From NCBI RefSeq assembly GCF_006345805.1, contig NC_043018.1, positions 1,798,039 to 1,862,000 on the forward strand: a DNA stretch of 63,962 nucleotides. Direction: 5' to 3'. The translations under genes and the position numbers were made by a program. Positions 38,791 to 52,571 of the stretch are shown in pieces (position 1 is the first letter of the stretch; every line of letters begins with the position of its first letter). The notes beneath the pieces were generated by a model, which saw only the letters and a list, made by a program, of their open reading frames with translations, was not told the DNA's origin and made no database searches. This DNA is from Octopus sinensis. Lineage: Eukaryota.

Positions 38791-40064
38791 CAAAGCATTG
38801 ATCAACCCTGGCATAATATAGAAGTCACTTGCCAAGGTGTTGCAAGGTAGGACTGAACCCCAAACCACATGTGTTGCAAAGCGTGCTTCTGAACTACACA
38901 GCATGATCTGGATGGACAGATCTTGTTTTTTCTTTACATGTGTCAGCTGATCTGACACATCACGTCCAGCGTCCATTGTTTTACTTTCTTGAAGAAGATT
39001 ACGAGAACTTACCTGCAGACTGCCACTTTCTTATATAAGTAACTGATTACAATGTACCTCTCAGGTTGTTTTCCTTTCGGTAGTTTTAGAAATGACAAGA
39101 GAATTTCACTAATGGTGGTCATATGCTTCAGGACACGTGTTCTCCTCATTATCCAGCCTGTCTCTTATCTACGCGTTTCCATCAGAATAGTAATTGTTAA
39201 TTACGTTCAAAATACCCGTTTCGCAAATAACTCCAGATCATTTTGTAAAGTAAATGCACTTAAAAAACTTTCATGGTATAACCTTCCATCGTTCGTTGTA
39301 CAGCTTTTGGCTTTGATGGAAACTGAAAGGAAACAGTCCGACATTCTTGAAATGTTATGCAAGAAAGTTTTTGAGTTACCGATCGTGGTTCGTGCTTAAA
39401 GGCAATTAGTTTAGCTTCGAGTGATTGTCGCCGGCGCTTCCCATAGTTTTAATCATAAATCATAGCGAGCGTTTCGTAAATTTGTTATTCACTTTCTAAC
39501 TAATGAATAAGTTATGGTTCTCCCCTGTCAATTGATGATTATTTATTTATTTATTTATTTTCAAGAGAGGAAGAGAGAGAGGTGATTCATTTTGTGGGTG
39601 TGTTATCATTTTGATCGATCGCTGTTACTTCTATCAATTGACAAATACAATAAGGAATTTAACGTCCAAACAAAAGCTAGAAGTTTAAATTCTTATCTAG
39701 GTGTGTTTTAGCAACGTGATCGACCAAGGATAACATCATGACAGAGGTGGGTGTTCATGTTTTTTTTTTTTTTTTATTTTGTCAAATCGTGTTGTAATCA
39801 CTGAATCATTTGGGTTTCACACACAAAAGTCGATTCTTTTTTTCTGAATTCCTACAGATGTATTTTTCCAAGCTATTTACGAGAATCATAAACATTTATG
39901 AGAGATCTCCAATCTCAAATTCTATATATAATCTCAAATTTTAAAACAACTCATAATTTCCTTGTTTTCTTATACATTCTCTAGAACAATGCTATGTGCA
40001 AAACCAAATATATGGCCCCTTAGGCATAACACCAACGTGAACTTGTAATTTGTTGTCTCTGGGT

Positions 40065-40748
40065 AAAGAAAAGAATGCATGTTCAATTTCATAGGGATGT
40101 TGGAGATAAAACAGAGAGATAAAAAAGATGGATGTGAATGACTAGATTTGATTTATAACCGGAAACGGAGGCTCTAATCCATGCTGCCCAAGAGCAAGCA
40201 CTAAGAACAAACTACCTAAAATACAGAATAGAAAACACAGCAGAAAGTGATAAGTGCAGAATCTGTGGACAAAATAGTGAAACCGTATGGCATATTACCA
40301 GCCAATGTACGTCATTAGCCCAGAAGGAATACAAGAGACGCCACGACAATATAGCAATGCTTGTCCATTGGACACTTTGCAACAAGTATGGACTTGACGG
40401 AGCAAAAAATTGGTACGACCACAAATTTGAAGGCATCGTTGAAAATAGAAATGCAAAGATCCTATGGGATTTTATGATTCAGTGCAAGCATGAGATAGAG
40501 AATAGGAAGCCGGGCATAGTCTTGAGAAAGAAAACAAACTATGCTGGATCATAGATATAGCATGCCCAGCTGACAAAAAGGTATGCGATAAGGAAGAAAG
40601 AAAAGTCGAGAGATATGACAGGTTAGCTTGGGAAGTTAAGCAGTTGTGATCGATGAAAAAGGTAGCAGTAGTACCAATAATTGTCGGAGCCCTGGGAAGA
40701 GTGAGCAAAAATCTCGAGAAGTACGTAGAACAAATAGGGGCTGCATGA
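40065..40748 (+). mobile_element. R4/Dong-like element, CCHC plus RLE region, lineage 1
   Basis: PETEALIHAAQEQALRTNYLK...CRICGQNSETVWHITSQC...RRHDNIAMLVHW...KILWDF...IIDIACPADKKVCDKEERKVERYDRL...VPIIVGALG. Confidence 0.88.
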
Positions 40749-40749
40749 T

Positions 40750-42420
40750 AGACAGTGTTACAGCTCCAGACAAAAAAGGGACCCATAAAAACCAAAGACA
40801 TCCCCGATAGAAGAGAAATATTCCACGGCGACACACTCTCTCTATTCCTTTTCTGCTTGGCATTGACACCTTTATCTAACATGCTAAACAGAACTGGATG
40901 CGGATACAGCTGTTACTGCAAAGCAATCAGCCACCTCTTATATATGGATGATATTCAACTGTACATTACAAATGTTAAAAAAAGCTGGAAGCATTACAAC
41001 AGACAGTACATCGATTTATCAAAGAAAACAAAAATGAAATTTGGCTTAGAAAAATGTACCAAAGCAACCTTGAAAAAAGAGAAAAACTAGTTAAGAGTAG
41101 CAACATCACACTAGATAAAGCAAATGAAATAGGAGAATTAGACCAAAGCCAGACATTCAAATATTTAGGAATCAATGAACTCGATACGATACAACGCAAA
41201 CAAATGAAAGGGAAAATATATAAGGAACACTAGAGACGAGTTAGATTAATACTGAAAACAGAGCTCAATACGGAAAACAAGATAATAGGCATCAACACTC
41301 TAGTGGTACCAGTAATAAGTTACAGCTACAATATTCTTAACTGGACTCTAAATGTTCTTATCAAAATAGACAAGAAAGCAAGAACAATAATGACAGGATT
41401 TAGGATGCACCTCCCAAAATCTGACATAGAAAGGTTACATATACAACGAATCGAAGGTGGTAGAGGCCTTATACAGTTAGAAACTATTACAAAATAACAA
41501 CCACATAGGATTACAGAAATACCCACTTCAGAAGCAAGGAAAGCTAATACAATTAGGCACAAAACACGAAAACAAAAAACTGCTTTCAGTCTTTAAGGAA
41601 GCTGATAAATACATATAACGTAACAACTATGAGGAAAATGAAGAAGCAAGGAAAACTGTAAAACAAATGAAATCCAAACAAAAACTGGAACAGAAATGGA
41701 TCATGATAAAACGAAGGCAAGAAAATCCCCTTCATGGCAAATATTGGGTGAAACGAAACAAAAAAGAAATAGACAAAGGAAAATTCCAAAAATGGCTGAA
41801 GAGCTCAGGACTCAAAGCAGAGACAGAAGGATTTTTAACTGCAGTACAAGACCAAAGCCTCCCCACCAGAAATTACCAAAAACATGTAATGAAAAGAAAT
41901 ATTACAAGTAACTGCAGAATATGTGGAGATGGACAAGAAACAATAAAGCATATTATCTCTGGCTGCCCAGTCCTGGCTAAGAAGTAATATATTCACAGAG
42001 ACGACAGAATTGGGACCTACATACACTGGAATCTATGCTATTACTATGGAATAACAACAGAAAAAGGAGGGTATAGGCACAAGCCATAAAAGGTCACAGA
42101 AAATGAGAAAGCAACCATACTATGGGATATGCCAATATACACAGATAGAGAAATTAAGGAAAATAGGCCAGATATAGGTGTCAGAGATCACCAAGAATGT
42201 ATTGATACATCTATTCGATGTATCAATACCAACAGATGACAAGCAATGTTTCTCAGAAAGAAACAGAAACTTTCAAAATACAAAGATCTGGAAATAGAGG
42301 TAACTCGAATGTGGAGCCTAAAACTAGACACAATTCCTATCAAAGCAGGCACATTAGGTATGATAAAAAAAAATGATTCAGACAAATACATAACAAAAAC
42401 ACTAGGACCTACAAGTATAT
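40750..42420 (+). mobile_element. R4/Dong-like element, RT domains 4-7 through RLE, lineage 2; frameshifted
   Basis: EIFHGDTLSLFLFCLALTPLS...ISHLLYMDDIQLY; MKFGLEKC; FKYLGI; HLPKSDIERLHIQRIEGGRGL; GLKAETEGFLTAVQDQSLPTRNY; CRICGDGQETIKHIISGCPVLA; KLSKYKDLEIEVTRMW. Confidence 0.92.
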
Positions 42421-42446
42421 ACATATACATATACATGTGTACATTT

Positions 42447-42628
42447 GGCGATTTTTTTCCTCTGTATTCCCTTCTCTGGAACTTTCCTTCTCCTATGTTT
42501 ATGACGAAGAGCTCCGCTCGAAACGTTAAACCCTCCTTCTTTCCTTCTTTCCTGAGCGTCCAATAATACTATATTTGTTCCACGTCCTCGCGTTGTTGTG
42601 TTTTCTCTTTGTGTTTTCATGTTTGGAT

Positions 42629-42633
<5 letters not shown>
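42447..42633 (+). mobile_element. Sister of family F with minimal hammerhead-like motif at 42497-42531
   Basis: GTTT|ATGACGA|A|GAGC-TCC-GCTC|GAAA|CGT|T|AAAC, ending in (TA)n. Confidence 0.65.
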
Positions 42634-42665
<32 letters not shown>

Positions 42666-42972
42666 TTTTACATGTATATATATTTTACATCACAGGAACA
42701 TCGTAGTTACATTAACAATTCGTTACTAAGTATACTTTCAAAATTTTTTACTTTATACATATATGCACAATGCATGGGAACTATGTGTGTGTGTGTGTGT
42801 ATGTAGTAAAATAAGGATTCAGATAGAATCAGGTACTTGAAAAGACATGCACCAGGTAGGGCTGGATATACCTGTGCCTCCGTATCAAATAGGATGATGA
42901 GCGCTGACAATTATCCATCGTCTGTTATTATTCATTTGACTCTCTGTGTGTGTATGAGTGTGTGTGTGTATG

Positions 42973-43011
<39 letters not shown>

Positions 43012-43584
43012 GTTCGAGTGTGTGTGTGTGTGTGTACACCGTAAAATGTCATGTGGTATGAGAGATGAATATATTCATTTTACCTGTTGACGTCCCTAGG
43101 AAAATTGTTTCGCAGCCTTCTTCATGTAGTAATAATTTCAGCGTAGAATAGAATTATGTTTACCTGTTTGCATGGATATATTATTCCATGTAATTGCATG
43201 TTCATAAACTGAGGCAAATGATGAAATCTAGCCAATCAGATCACAAGAACATCATGGTTACACTAACGATTTCACTCTATGTATACATTCAAAATTCTCT
43301 CTTTATGTATACATACAATGCATGGAGACCCGGAATTAGCTTGGTTTAGTCAGTGAAAATAAAGATACGTTGTTTCTCATCAAATAAGGCGACAGAAGCA
43401 AGTACTAGGAGTTGACCATCTTTAATGTTGAAAAGAAAACAGAAATCATTTTAAAGAGAGAGTAAAATAATTGGAGTAAATTTCCCCCCCTCAAAAAAAA
43501 TACCTTTAAAAAGAAGAGATAAAATGTAAGTTGGTGCACAAGTCGTAGATCCCCGGTTTTCTCTTTGTGTTTTCATGTTTGGAT

Positions 43585-43624
<40 letters not shown>

Positions 43625-43973
43625 CATTTTTACATTTATATATATTTTACATCACCAGAACATCGTAGTTACACTAACAATTTGTCACTAAGTATACTTT
43701 CAAAAATTTTTTGATCACAAGAACATCATGGTTACACTAACGATTTCACTCTATGTAGACATTCAAAATTCTCTCTTTATGTATACATACAAAGCATGGA
43801 GACCCGGAATTAGCTTGGTTTGGTCAGTGAAAATATAGATACGTTGTTTCTCATCAAATAAGGCGACAGAAGCAAGACAGAGAGTAAAATAATTGGTGTA
43901 AATTTTCCCCAAAAAAATACCTTCAAAAAGAATAGATAAAATGTAAATTGAAGCCCAAGTCGTAGATCCCCGG
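42600..43973 (+). repeat. Local tandem duplication with internal deletions
   Basis: 43557-43712 matches 42601-42749, and 43713-43973 matches 43239-43556 with about 50 bp missing. Confidence 0.85.
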
Positions 43974-44906
43974 TGCTTATAGGTAAGGCAGATGGAGAAA
44001 TAAAACTTACTTCAGGAGTATAAAAGGCGATCAGTTAAGAGTGTTGAGAAGCGATGATTTTGAAACTGAGAATTTCGCTTTGCAAACACAAAGTTTCGAG
44101 TTCAATACTACTATGGCACTTTAAGCAAGTGTCCTCGACTATAGCTCCGATGGGCAAATGAATTGTGAGTGAATTAAGTAAATGGAAACTGTGTGGAAAC
44201 CTGCCGTATATATCTATATATGAGCATGTGTCTGTGCGTGCTTTTGTCACACCCACTACGGCTTAACAACCAGTGTTGGGTTTCTTTCTAGATCCCTTAT
44301 CTAGACCTCTTATCTAAACCCCTTATCTAAGGAGTTCGGGAAAACAGATCGCTAGATAAAGTACCAGGCTTCACAAGCTATGTTATATACTGAGGGCGAT
44401 TTGTTCGACAAAAGCTTGAAAGCGGTGGCCCCAGCATGACCGCAGCCTAGTGACTGAATCGAGTCACAGATAAAAGATTTTTAAAAAGTCGTTGTTGCTT
44501 TACAAATGAAACAGTAGAGATGTGTTTCTAAGTGTTGCTGAAATGTGTTTCAACTAATAACCCAAGACTTTACAACGTCTTAATTTCTCAGTCGATTTTT
44601 CTACGACAACATAATTACGAGACTAAGCTGCCATATTAATTATTAACTAACCGTTCTGAATTTATTATTTTATTGCTTGCTTTCTACTGCTTTGTTTTCC
44701 TTTTGGTCAACGGTGGGGGAGGCGTAATTTTTTTTTATTGATGTACAATTACATCGAATGCATTATGGGTAAACTGGAAACTAGTCTGGCTACGTGTTTG
44801 AGAAAAGTCTAATGCCGTGTATGTTTTTCCCGAAGAAATTTGGATTACCATTTCCCAAGACATTTAGAGATTCATAAAGTTACACAAATCGATACCTGTA
44901 TATATT

Positions 44907-44965
<59 letters not shown>

Positions 44966-45121
44966 CATATACATAATATAGACATGCATATATATATATA
45001 TATATATATGTATGTATATATGTCTGTGCGTGTGCGTGTGAAGATATACACACACACTCTACACACACACATATATATTTATGTCTACAATATATATGCA
45101 CATATAAATACATATACCTAC

Positions 45122-45160
<39 letters not shown>

Positions 45161-46068
45161 TATGTGTGTGAGTGTGTGCGTGCGTGCACGGATGTATTTT
45201 TATATACTGCTGATAATAGTGGTTGTGGTGGTAGAAGAATAAGAACAAATATTAGCTGTTGTTGTTGTTGTTGACGACGACGATGATGATGATGCTCCTG
45301 TTGTTGTTGTAATAGTAATTGCAGTTGTTGTTGCGGTTGTTTACTTAGCTCCGGGTCATTCATGAGAACAAATAAGAGTTCCATTATCAGCCACTTTTAC
45401 AAACACACACAGACACATCAACAAACACACACACACGCATGCACGTACACACACACACGTACACATACTCACACACATACTTATATACATATAGCAGCGT
45501 TCCTCTTTAGAACGTGTCTTAATACATAAGCAACAGATACGACTTGTGTTTCCACCTGATCAATCAACAAACTTTCGTATTTTTTTCCCTATTATATTAT
45601 GTAAGTGTTTCAGTTATTATTCACCACACACTTGTAGCGTAAATGACATCGACAGACATACTCTGCGTGACAAGACTACACGAAAAATATATCGGATCTT
45701 TAGACTTCCAATGCATAGTGCATGGTTTAGATTTAGCTATTATTACTTGCTGATTGGGACACAAATATTTCTTTCATGATTGGAGTTTATGACTGTATTT
45801 CTTGATGGTCAACTAATTTGTTACGAAAAGAGTGACATAATAACTATTATTTATTGTCTTTCTTTATGCCTATAAACCACGTGATTTGGGATTAAGGCCC
45901 ACAGCGCCATACCCTGGGCAAATGTCTTCTACTATAACCTCGATTCGACGAATAACTTAAGAAGGAATTTGGCAAACGGAAGCTGTGTGGAAGCCCGTTG
46001 TATATCTACCTCCCTATCTAGCTATCTGTCTATCTTTCATACTGTGTGTGTGTATGTATGTGTGTGTG

Positions 46069-46134
<66 letters not shown>

Positions 46135-46579
46135 GTGTATCCTTGTGTTTGTGTTTCTATTTGCTCAACCACCACCATCGTTTGATTCCGTCTCCATCAC
46201 TTAGAGATTCAGATAACAGAATGATAGAATAAGTCCCGTTCTTCAAAAACTAAACACTGGGGGTCAATTTGTTAAGGTACAGCATTTAATGTTGTGCTCC
46301 AGCATGGCCACATCGCAATAAGTGAAACAAGCAAAACTAAAAAAAAAACAATACGAGATAATTACGATTTGAATACATTTGATCAATGGTTTAGTTAACC
46401 TTTTTAGCACTGAAACCGTTCATATCAGTCTCAAATATTCCACATGTTTTGTGTGAAATCCGGCCCGATCTGGCCTCTCACACCTACCCTACAATGTCAT
46501 TCTACAAAAGAAGGGGATCACATGATCGAAATCTTGAAGCTATGAGATAATGCGGGCTTCGTTCTAATAATAGATATTA

Positions 46580-47050
46580 TGTGAGGTATACTAGCCATCT
46601 CAATATGGCTAACCACTAAGGGTGGGTGTTATTGTAGCTTGTAGCCCCAGAAGAACATCGTCTCCAGCTGGCTTTAGGCACAATTTCTGTGCCCTTATGT
46701 TCTCCTGGGGCTACAAACTACAGTAACACCCACCCTTAGTGACCTCCCTTAGTGACCTCCCTTATGGTATTTGCAAAGGGAGGTCACTAAGGGTGGGTGT
46801 TACTGTAGCTTGTAGCCCCAGGAGAACATAAGGGCACAGAAATTGTGCCTAAAGCCAGCTGGAGACGATGTTCTCCTGGGGCTACAAGCTACAGTAACAC
46901 CCACCCTTAGTGACCTCCCTTTGCAAATACCATAAGGGCACAGAAATTGTGCCTAAAGCCAGCTGGAGACGTTGTTCTCCTGGGGCTACAAGCTACAGTA
47001 ATACCAACCCTTAGTGGTTAGCCATATTGAGATGGCAAGTATACCTCACA
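46580..47050. mobile_element. TIR-bounded element built of nested inverted and direct modules (MITE/foldback-like)
   Basis: Ends TGTGAGGTATACTAGCCATCTCAATATGGCTAACCACTAAGG and CCTTAGTGGTTAGCCATATTGAGATGGCAAGTATACCTCACA. A 42-bp module occurs 5 times in both orientations, and a related end fragment lies at 57105-57180. Confidence 0.8.
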
Positions 47051-47379
47051 TTGTCGTGCAGTTACTGTTTATACCTCGTTCAGAGATTTATTATTGCTAA
47101 TAAATATTATGTTTGACAGAATAATCAGAAACTCCAAAGGCTAATCAGGGACGAGAATTGACTGCAAGAATCGCAGAAAGAGTGAAAAAAAAATTTTAAA
47201 AAAGAAAGCAATAGTTGCAACGTTTTCGCCATTGTTTATTAGGAATGAGCTGCTGTTGCAATGGATGCGCTGTTGGTCGGATGCTGTGATGTGATTTCAC
47301 GATCGATGTTGTGCTTGCTTCTATCTATGTTGTAAAGAAAGAGCAAAACTAAAACAATAGCATCAGCGACGATTATAAC

Positions 47380-47556
47380 GATGATGATGATGACGATGAT
47401 GATCATGATAATTATGATGATAACGACGACGATGATGATGATGGTGGTGGTGACGACGATGATGATGATGACGACGATGATAATGATGATGACGATGATG
47501 ATGATGGTGGTGGTGGTGGTGGTGATTATAATGATGATGACGATGATGATAACGAC

Positions 47557-47595
<39 letters not shown>

Positions 47596-47678
47596 GGTGA
47601 TGAAGGTGGTGATGATGATGATGATGATGATGATGACGACGACGACGACGACGACGATGACGCTGACGATGATGATGG

Positions 47679-47720
<42 letters not shown>
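47380..47720. repeat. (GAT)n/(GAC)n/(GGT)n compound repeat
   Basis: Direct inspection. Confidence 0.95.
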
Positions 47721-47721
<1 letters not shown>

Positions 47722-47987
47722 CACGAGGGGGAGGAGGCTGATAAAGATTTCTGATATTCTACACTGGAGCTTCAGATGAAGGGCAGGTTTCACTATTTGT
47801 GCGGGTTTGCATGAAAGAAGAAGGAACAGAAAGAGAGGGTAGGAATAAATGAGATTAGCGCATGCGTGAAATAGAAGTATGCAGAGACATGTATCGTGCA
47901 TGGCTGCAGATGGAAGGGATCGTTCGAATTCCAGGGTAACCCTGATAACAAAGGAGAAATATCCTCGCTTAATAAACACAACAACAG

Positions 47988-48086
<99 letters not shown>

Positions 48087-48098
48087 TGATGATGATAT

Positions 48099-48382
48099 AG
48101 ATATGACAGGTTAGCTTAGGAAGTTAAGCAGTTGTCGATGAAAAGGTAGTAGTGGTACCAGTAATTGTCGGAGCCCTGGAACAGTGAGTAAAAATCTTGA
48201 GAAGTATGTGGAACAAATAGGGGTCGCAATAAGGGTGGAGCACTTACAGAAAACAGCACTGCTTGGAACCGCTCGAATACTCCGGAAGGTGCTCGGAAAG
48301 AAAAGAGGTGTTACCTTAGTTCACTGGAAGTGAAGAGCTGACACCATAGTACATCTCAAGCGTTAGAAACTGTGCAAAGACA
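48099..48382 (+). mobile_element. R4/Dong-like 3' end, lineage 1, between (AAT)n and (TAG)n
   Basis: AGATATGACAGGTTAGCTT.GGAAGTTAAGCAGTTGT matches 40612-40745. It continues LQKTALLGTARILRKVL into the 3' UTR. Confidence 0.85.
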
Positions 48383-48410
48383 TAATACTAATAGTAGTAG
48401 TAGTAGTAGT

Positions 48411-48479
<69 letters not shown>

Positions 48480-48955
48480 ATTAATTCTTATATTTTTAAT
48501 AATTAATTCTTTTATAATAATAATAATAACAACAGCAGCAACAACAATAACAATTTCATGCTTATTGCTGTAAATGCGTTGATATGTATTGATGTTCTGC
48601 CTAGTAACAAGAATTTTCGGGTGTAGCGCGTGCTATTTGCCATGCCTCTCTTTGCAAGTATGCTTATATATACATGCAAGCAGACATCACACACATATAC
48701 ACAGGTAAGTATAACCTTAAAGGTGCCTATATATATATACACAAACATGCTTTCACACATATAGAAACACATACACAGAGATATACGGCACATGTACGTG
48801 ATCACACATGTAAATTTATATATGTAGATATACGTATGCACCATATAGAAGTATACATAGGCATCATACATAAACACATACATACATGCAGAGAGAAAGA
48901 CAGACAGATAGATAGATACGTATACACACATGTATATATATATATATATATATAT

Positions 48956-49008
<53 letters not shown>

Positions 49009-49068
49009 CAGATAGATACGCATACGCGCATTATTTATATATATATGCATATATATATAGATAGATAG

Positions 49069-49149
<81 letters not shown>

Positions 49150-49213
49150 TACATATATATATCTAATATATATATATGTGTATATATATATATTATATAT
49201 ATAAATATACATA

Positions 49214-49259
<46 letters not shown>

Positions 49260-49628
49260 ATATATATATAATATGCATTAGAAATGTATGTTTCCTCGTG
49301 GGCATGCGTGCGAATGTGCGTGTGCGTAAGAGTGAGTGCATGTATATGGCTATATATATATATATATTATATATATATAATCTGTCAGGAATAAATACAT
49401 ATAGTGATATGGCTGCCGGCAATCGATCGACCGGTGTGTATAACCGGCGGTAAAGTATGTATCACTTATATTGAACGCCATAAAACTGACGCTAACTACC
49501 AGCTCTTCTGAGCTGAGCTTGAAGGCTTGTTATCATATATATACATACTAAAAGACATAAAAGATACTTCACACTAACACACAGATATGCGAATATATAT
49601 AAATAAATATGTATGTATATGTATATAT

Positions 49629-49664
<36 letters not shown>

Positions 49665-50230
49665 CATATGGTATTATATTATTTATTATGTAGATTGGTG
49701 TAGAAGATTACATGTATGCAATTTGGTGGTGAGATGGGTAGCCTGATTAGTGGTTTGGTAGGTGGGTGTGTCGATTTGCCGGAAAGACAGAGACGGAGGC
49801 TGTGTGGTTAAGACATTCATTTCCTAACCGCGTGTTTTCCGACTTTGATCCCAATACGCAAAGCCTGGAGAAAGTTTTCTTCTGCTTTTCTTCTGCCATA
49901 GCCTCCGGGTTAACTAAAGGAACGCCTCGTGAATATAATTCGGGAAAGACGAAGCTTTGTGTCTATGTCTGTGTGGAAACACATATGTATTTATCAATAT
50001 AGATGTGCGCATCTTTCTTTTAATTGTGTGTGTGTGTTTGTCTGTGTACATGCGTCTATATTTATGTATGTATCTATGTATACATGTAATAATTTATTCA
50101 TAGATACACCCGTTCTGTGCTCAAGTTCAGCTGAAGTCAACTTTATCTTTCGTTCTTTCGGGGTCGACGGAGTCAATATAATCGGCTAGTCCCCTTTCCC
50201 AAAATTTCATGCCTTGCGCCTATAGTAGAA

Positions 50231-50271
<41 letters not shown>

Positions 50272-50296
50272 CATTATTACTATTATTATTATTATT

Positions 50297-50790
50297 GAGT
50301 GTGAGAGCAGTGCATACCATCAAAGTGACACTGGGGTAAAATATACGAAGCCCAATATACCCATCATGACTACCCATCTGATAAGGGTACACCAGGCACA
50401 TGCATCACAACCATATGTGCGCGACATGGTGATCTCATATCAAGATAAACAGCACATGACCTTGCAGGTGGGGCCCAGTTAGAATTTTCTTCAAGTCGAG
50501 TAGCCCATCCCACTCAAAAGGTCCCTGAATAAAGTTTGTTTAATGATGTTGAACGAACCACCCATGTTTCCAGAGGTGAATTATCCAAACCCCCAAAGGA
50601 TTCCTCTCAACACATGGCTATAATGCACCCCATTAATTCTGTTCATGATCAGAAATGGTTATGGTCAAAGAACTGACAAGCAAATCTGTGGTATTGAGCG
50701 GAATATTTGCTGTAGCCCATCTTTTATACCAAGACAAAACAATTAAGATGAGAAGCCATGAGAGCTACTGCCTAGTACTGCATCAGGGCC
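50297..50790 (-). mobile_element. Family H: about 490-bp non-coding repeat flanked by (ATT)n on both sides
   Basis: A second copy of its 3' end lies at 25585-25687. No ORF and no tRNA head are recognised, and the minus strand ends ...CTCACACTC(AAT)n. Confidence 0.7.
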
Positions 50791-50844
50791 TTATTATTAT
50801 TATCATTATTATTATTATTGTTATTATTATTATTATTATATTAT

Positions 50845-50909
<65 letters not shown>

Positions 50910-50910
50910 A

Positions 50911-50954
<44 letters not shown>

Positions 50955-50956
50955 TT

Positions 50957-51178
50957 AAAGCAGTGAGCTGGCAGAATTGTTAGTACGTTGGGCGAAATGC
51001 TTAGCGGTATTTCGCCCATCGTTACGTTTTCAGTTCAAATTCCACTGAGGTCGACTTTGCCTTTTATCTGTTCGTGGTCGATAAATAAATATCAGTGTAT
51101 CACTGGGATCAATGTAATCGATTTGTCCCTTATCCCAAAATTTTAAGCCTTGTGCATCCAGTAGAAAGGATTATTATT
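50957..51178 (+). mobile_element. SINE family B
   Basis: AAAGCAGTGAGCTGGCAGAATTGTTAG..., with an ATT tail. Confidence 0.85.
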
Positions 51179-51534
51179 ATTATTATTATTGTTACTATTA
51201 TTTTGTTTTACTTCTCGAAACTTTGAGATTCGGTTAATCTCAAAGTTTGTGACGGGTGCCAGATAAATGGAAGCTGCGAGGGAGCCTGTGGGATGAATGT
51301 AACCGATAGGTCAAGGTCACGGCCCTAGCACAGCGTTGCAGTGACTCTGCTGGAGAAATAACGTTAAGTGTAAGATGTATGAGCTTCAAAGGAATACTCA
51401 GCCACTTACATGCTAAGGTGGATTAATAGATAAACTAGAGAGTTGGAATTTTAGCAGTTTGGAAGGTAGATAGAAAGATCCGTAGGAATGTAGGTAAATA
51501 GGCATGTTGGTAGATATGTTAGTTTCGAACTTTT

Positions 51535-51722
51535 GCACAAGGCCAGTAATTTTGTGAGAGCGGGGTAAGTCGATTACATCGACCCCAGTGCTTATTTTTT
51601 CGAAACTAAGAGGATGAAAGGTAAAGTCGATCTAGGCGGAATTCGAACTCAGAAAGTAAAGATGTGCGATATACCGCAAAGCAGCTTGCTCGGCGTGCTA
51701 ACGATTCGGCCAACTCCCCGCT
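51535..51722 (-). mobile_element. SINE family B
   Basis: GCACAAGGCC...GGATGAAAGGTAAAGTCGA...CGTGCTAACGATTC. Confidence 0.8.
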
Positions 51723-52571
51723 TGATGTTGGGAGATATAATGTTGGGTGTGTAGGTTTATATGAACACAATTAGCAAAGATAAGGGGTGAAGGGACTTGC
51801 TTCACAGCCACACGAACACGTGAGATATTTTAGTTGATGGAACAATAGTTTGCGCATGCTTAATTTTCAAAGAAAGAACCCATCACAAACACATATACAC
51901 ACGCATACACACACAGCTACACAATGTGCATATATATTATATATATATATATATATATAGATATATATATATATATATAATATATATATATATATATTAT
52001 ATATATATATATCAAAATGGATCTTTCATTAATAGGATTTCCCACAGAAAAATATTAAATAGCAAACAATTAGCTTTACCTTATTGCACAATTAAAATTA
52101 TCTGTATATGGTGTATTGTGTAATAATAATTAACATCGTTAATGATTCTTTAATGATAAAGCAATATTGGAAAATAACACCACCACCAACCCCGATGCCC
52201 TCAACCACACCATTTTAAATTATCGATAACGCTAATATGATAAATTAGGTGTAAGGTGACAGTGAGGAAGCCTGTAATGGGTCGCAAAGAAATTTCCCTG
52301 AAATCACTCTTTTTCAAGAGAATTTTGAGGCTTTATTTTTTGTTTTGTTTCTTTGAAGATAAACATATAGAATGTTATATCTGGTACCGAGTCGGTAATT
52401 TTGAAAAATTGTTAGATCGTTGGACAAAATTCCTGGCAGCCAGCATTTGGTTCAGCTGTTCATGTTTGAAGTTCAAATCCTGAGGAGATTGTTTTTTGGG
52501 GGGGATTTTTCGGATTAATAAAATATCAATCCAGTGACGAATTAGTAGTGTTGTTAATATTTTGATAAAAA

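Noticed and set aside
43400-43460. GT...AG-bounded segment missing from the duplicate copy (possible processed copy)
   Set aside because: The junction has three extra bases and the larger deletion lacks GT-AG, so splicing is not supported.
46616-47013. CRISPR-like repeat/spacer appearance of the 42-bp module
   Set aside because: Eukaryotic context, repeats in both orientations, spacers that are copies of each other, and no cas genes.
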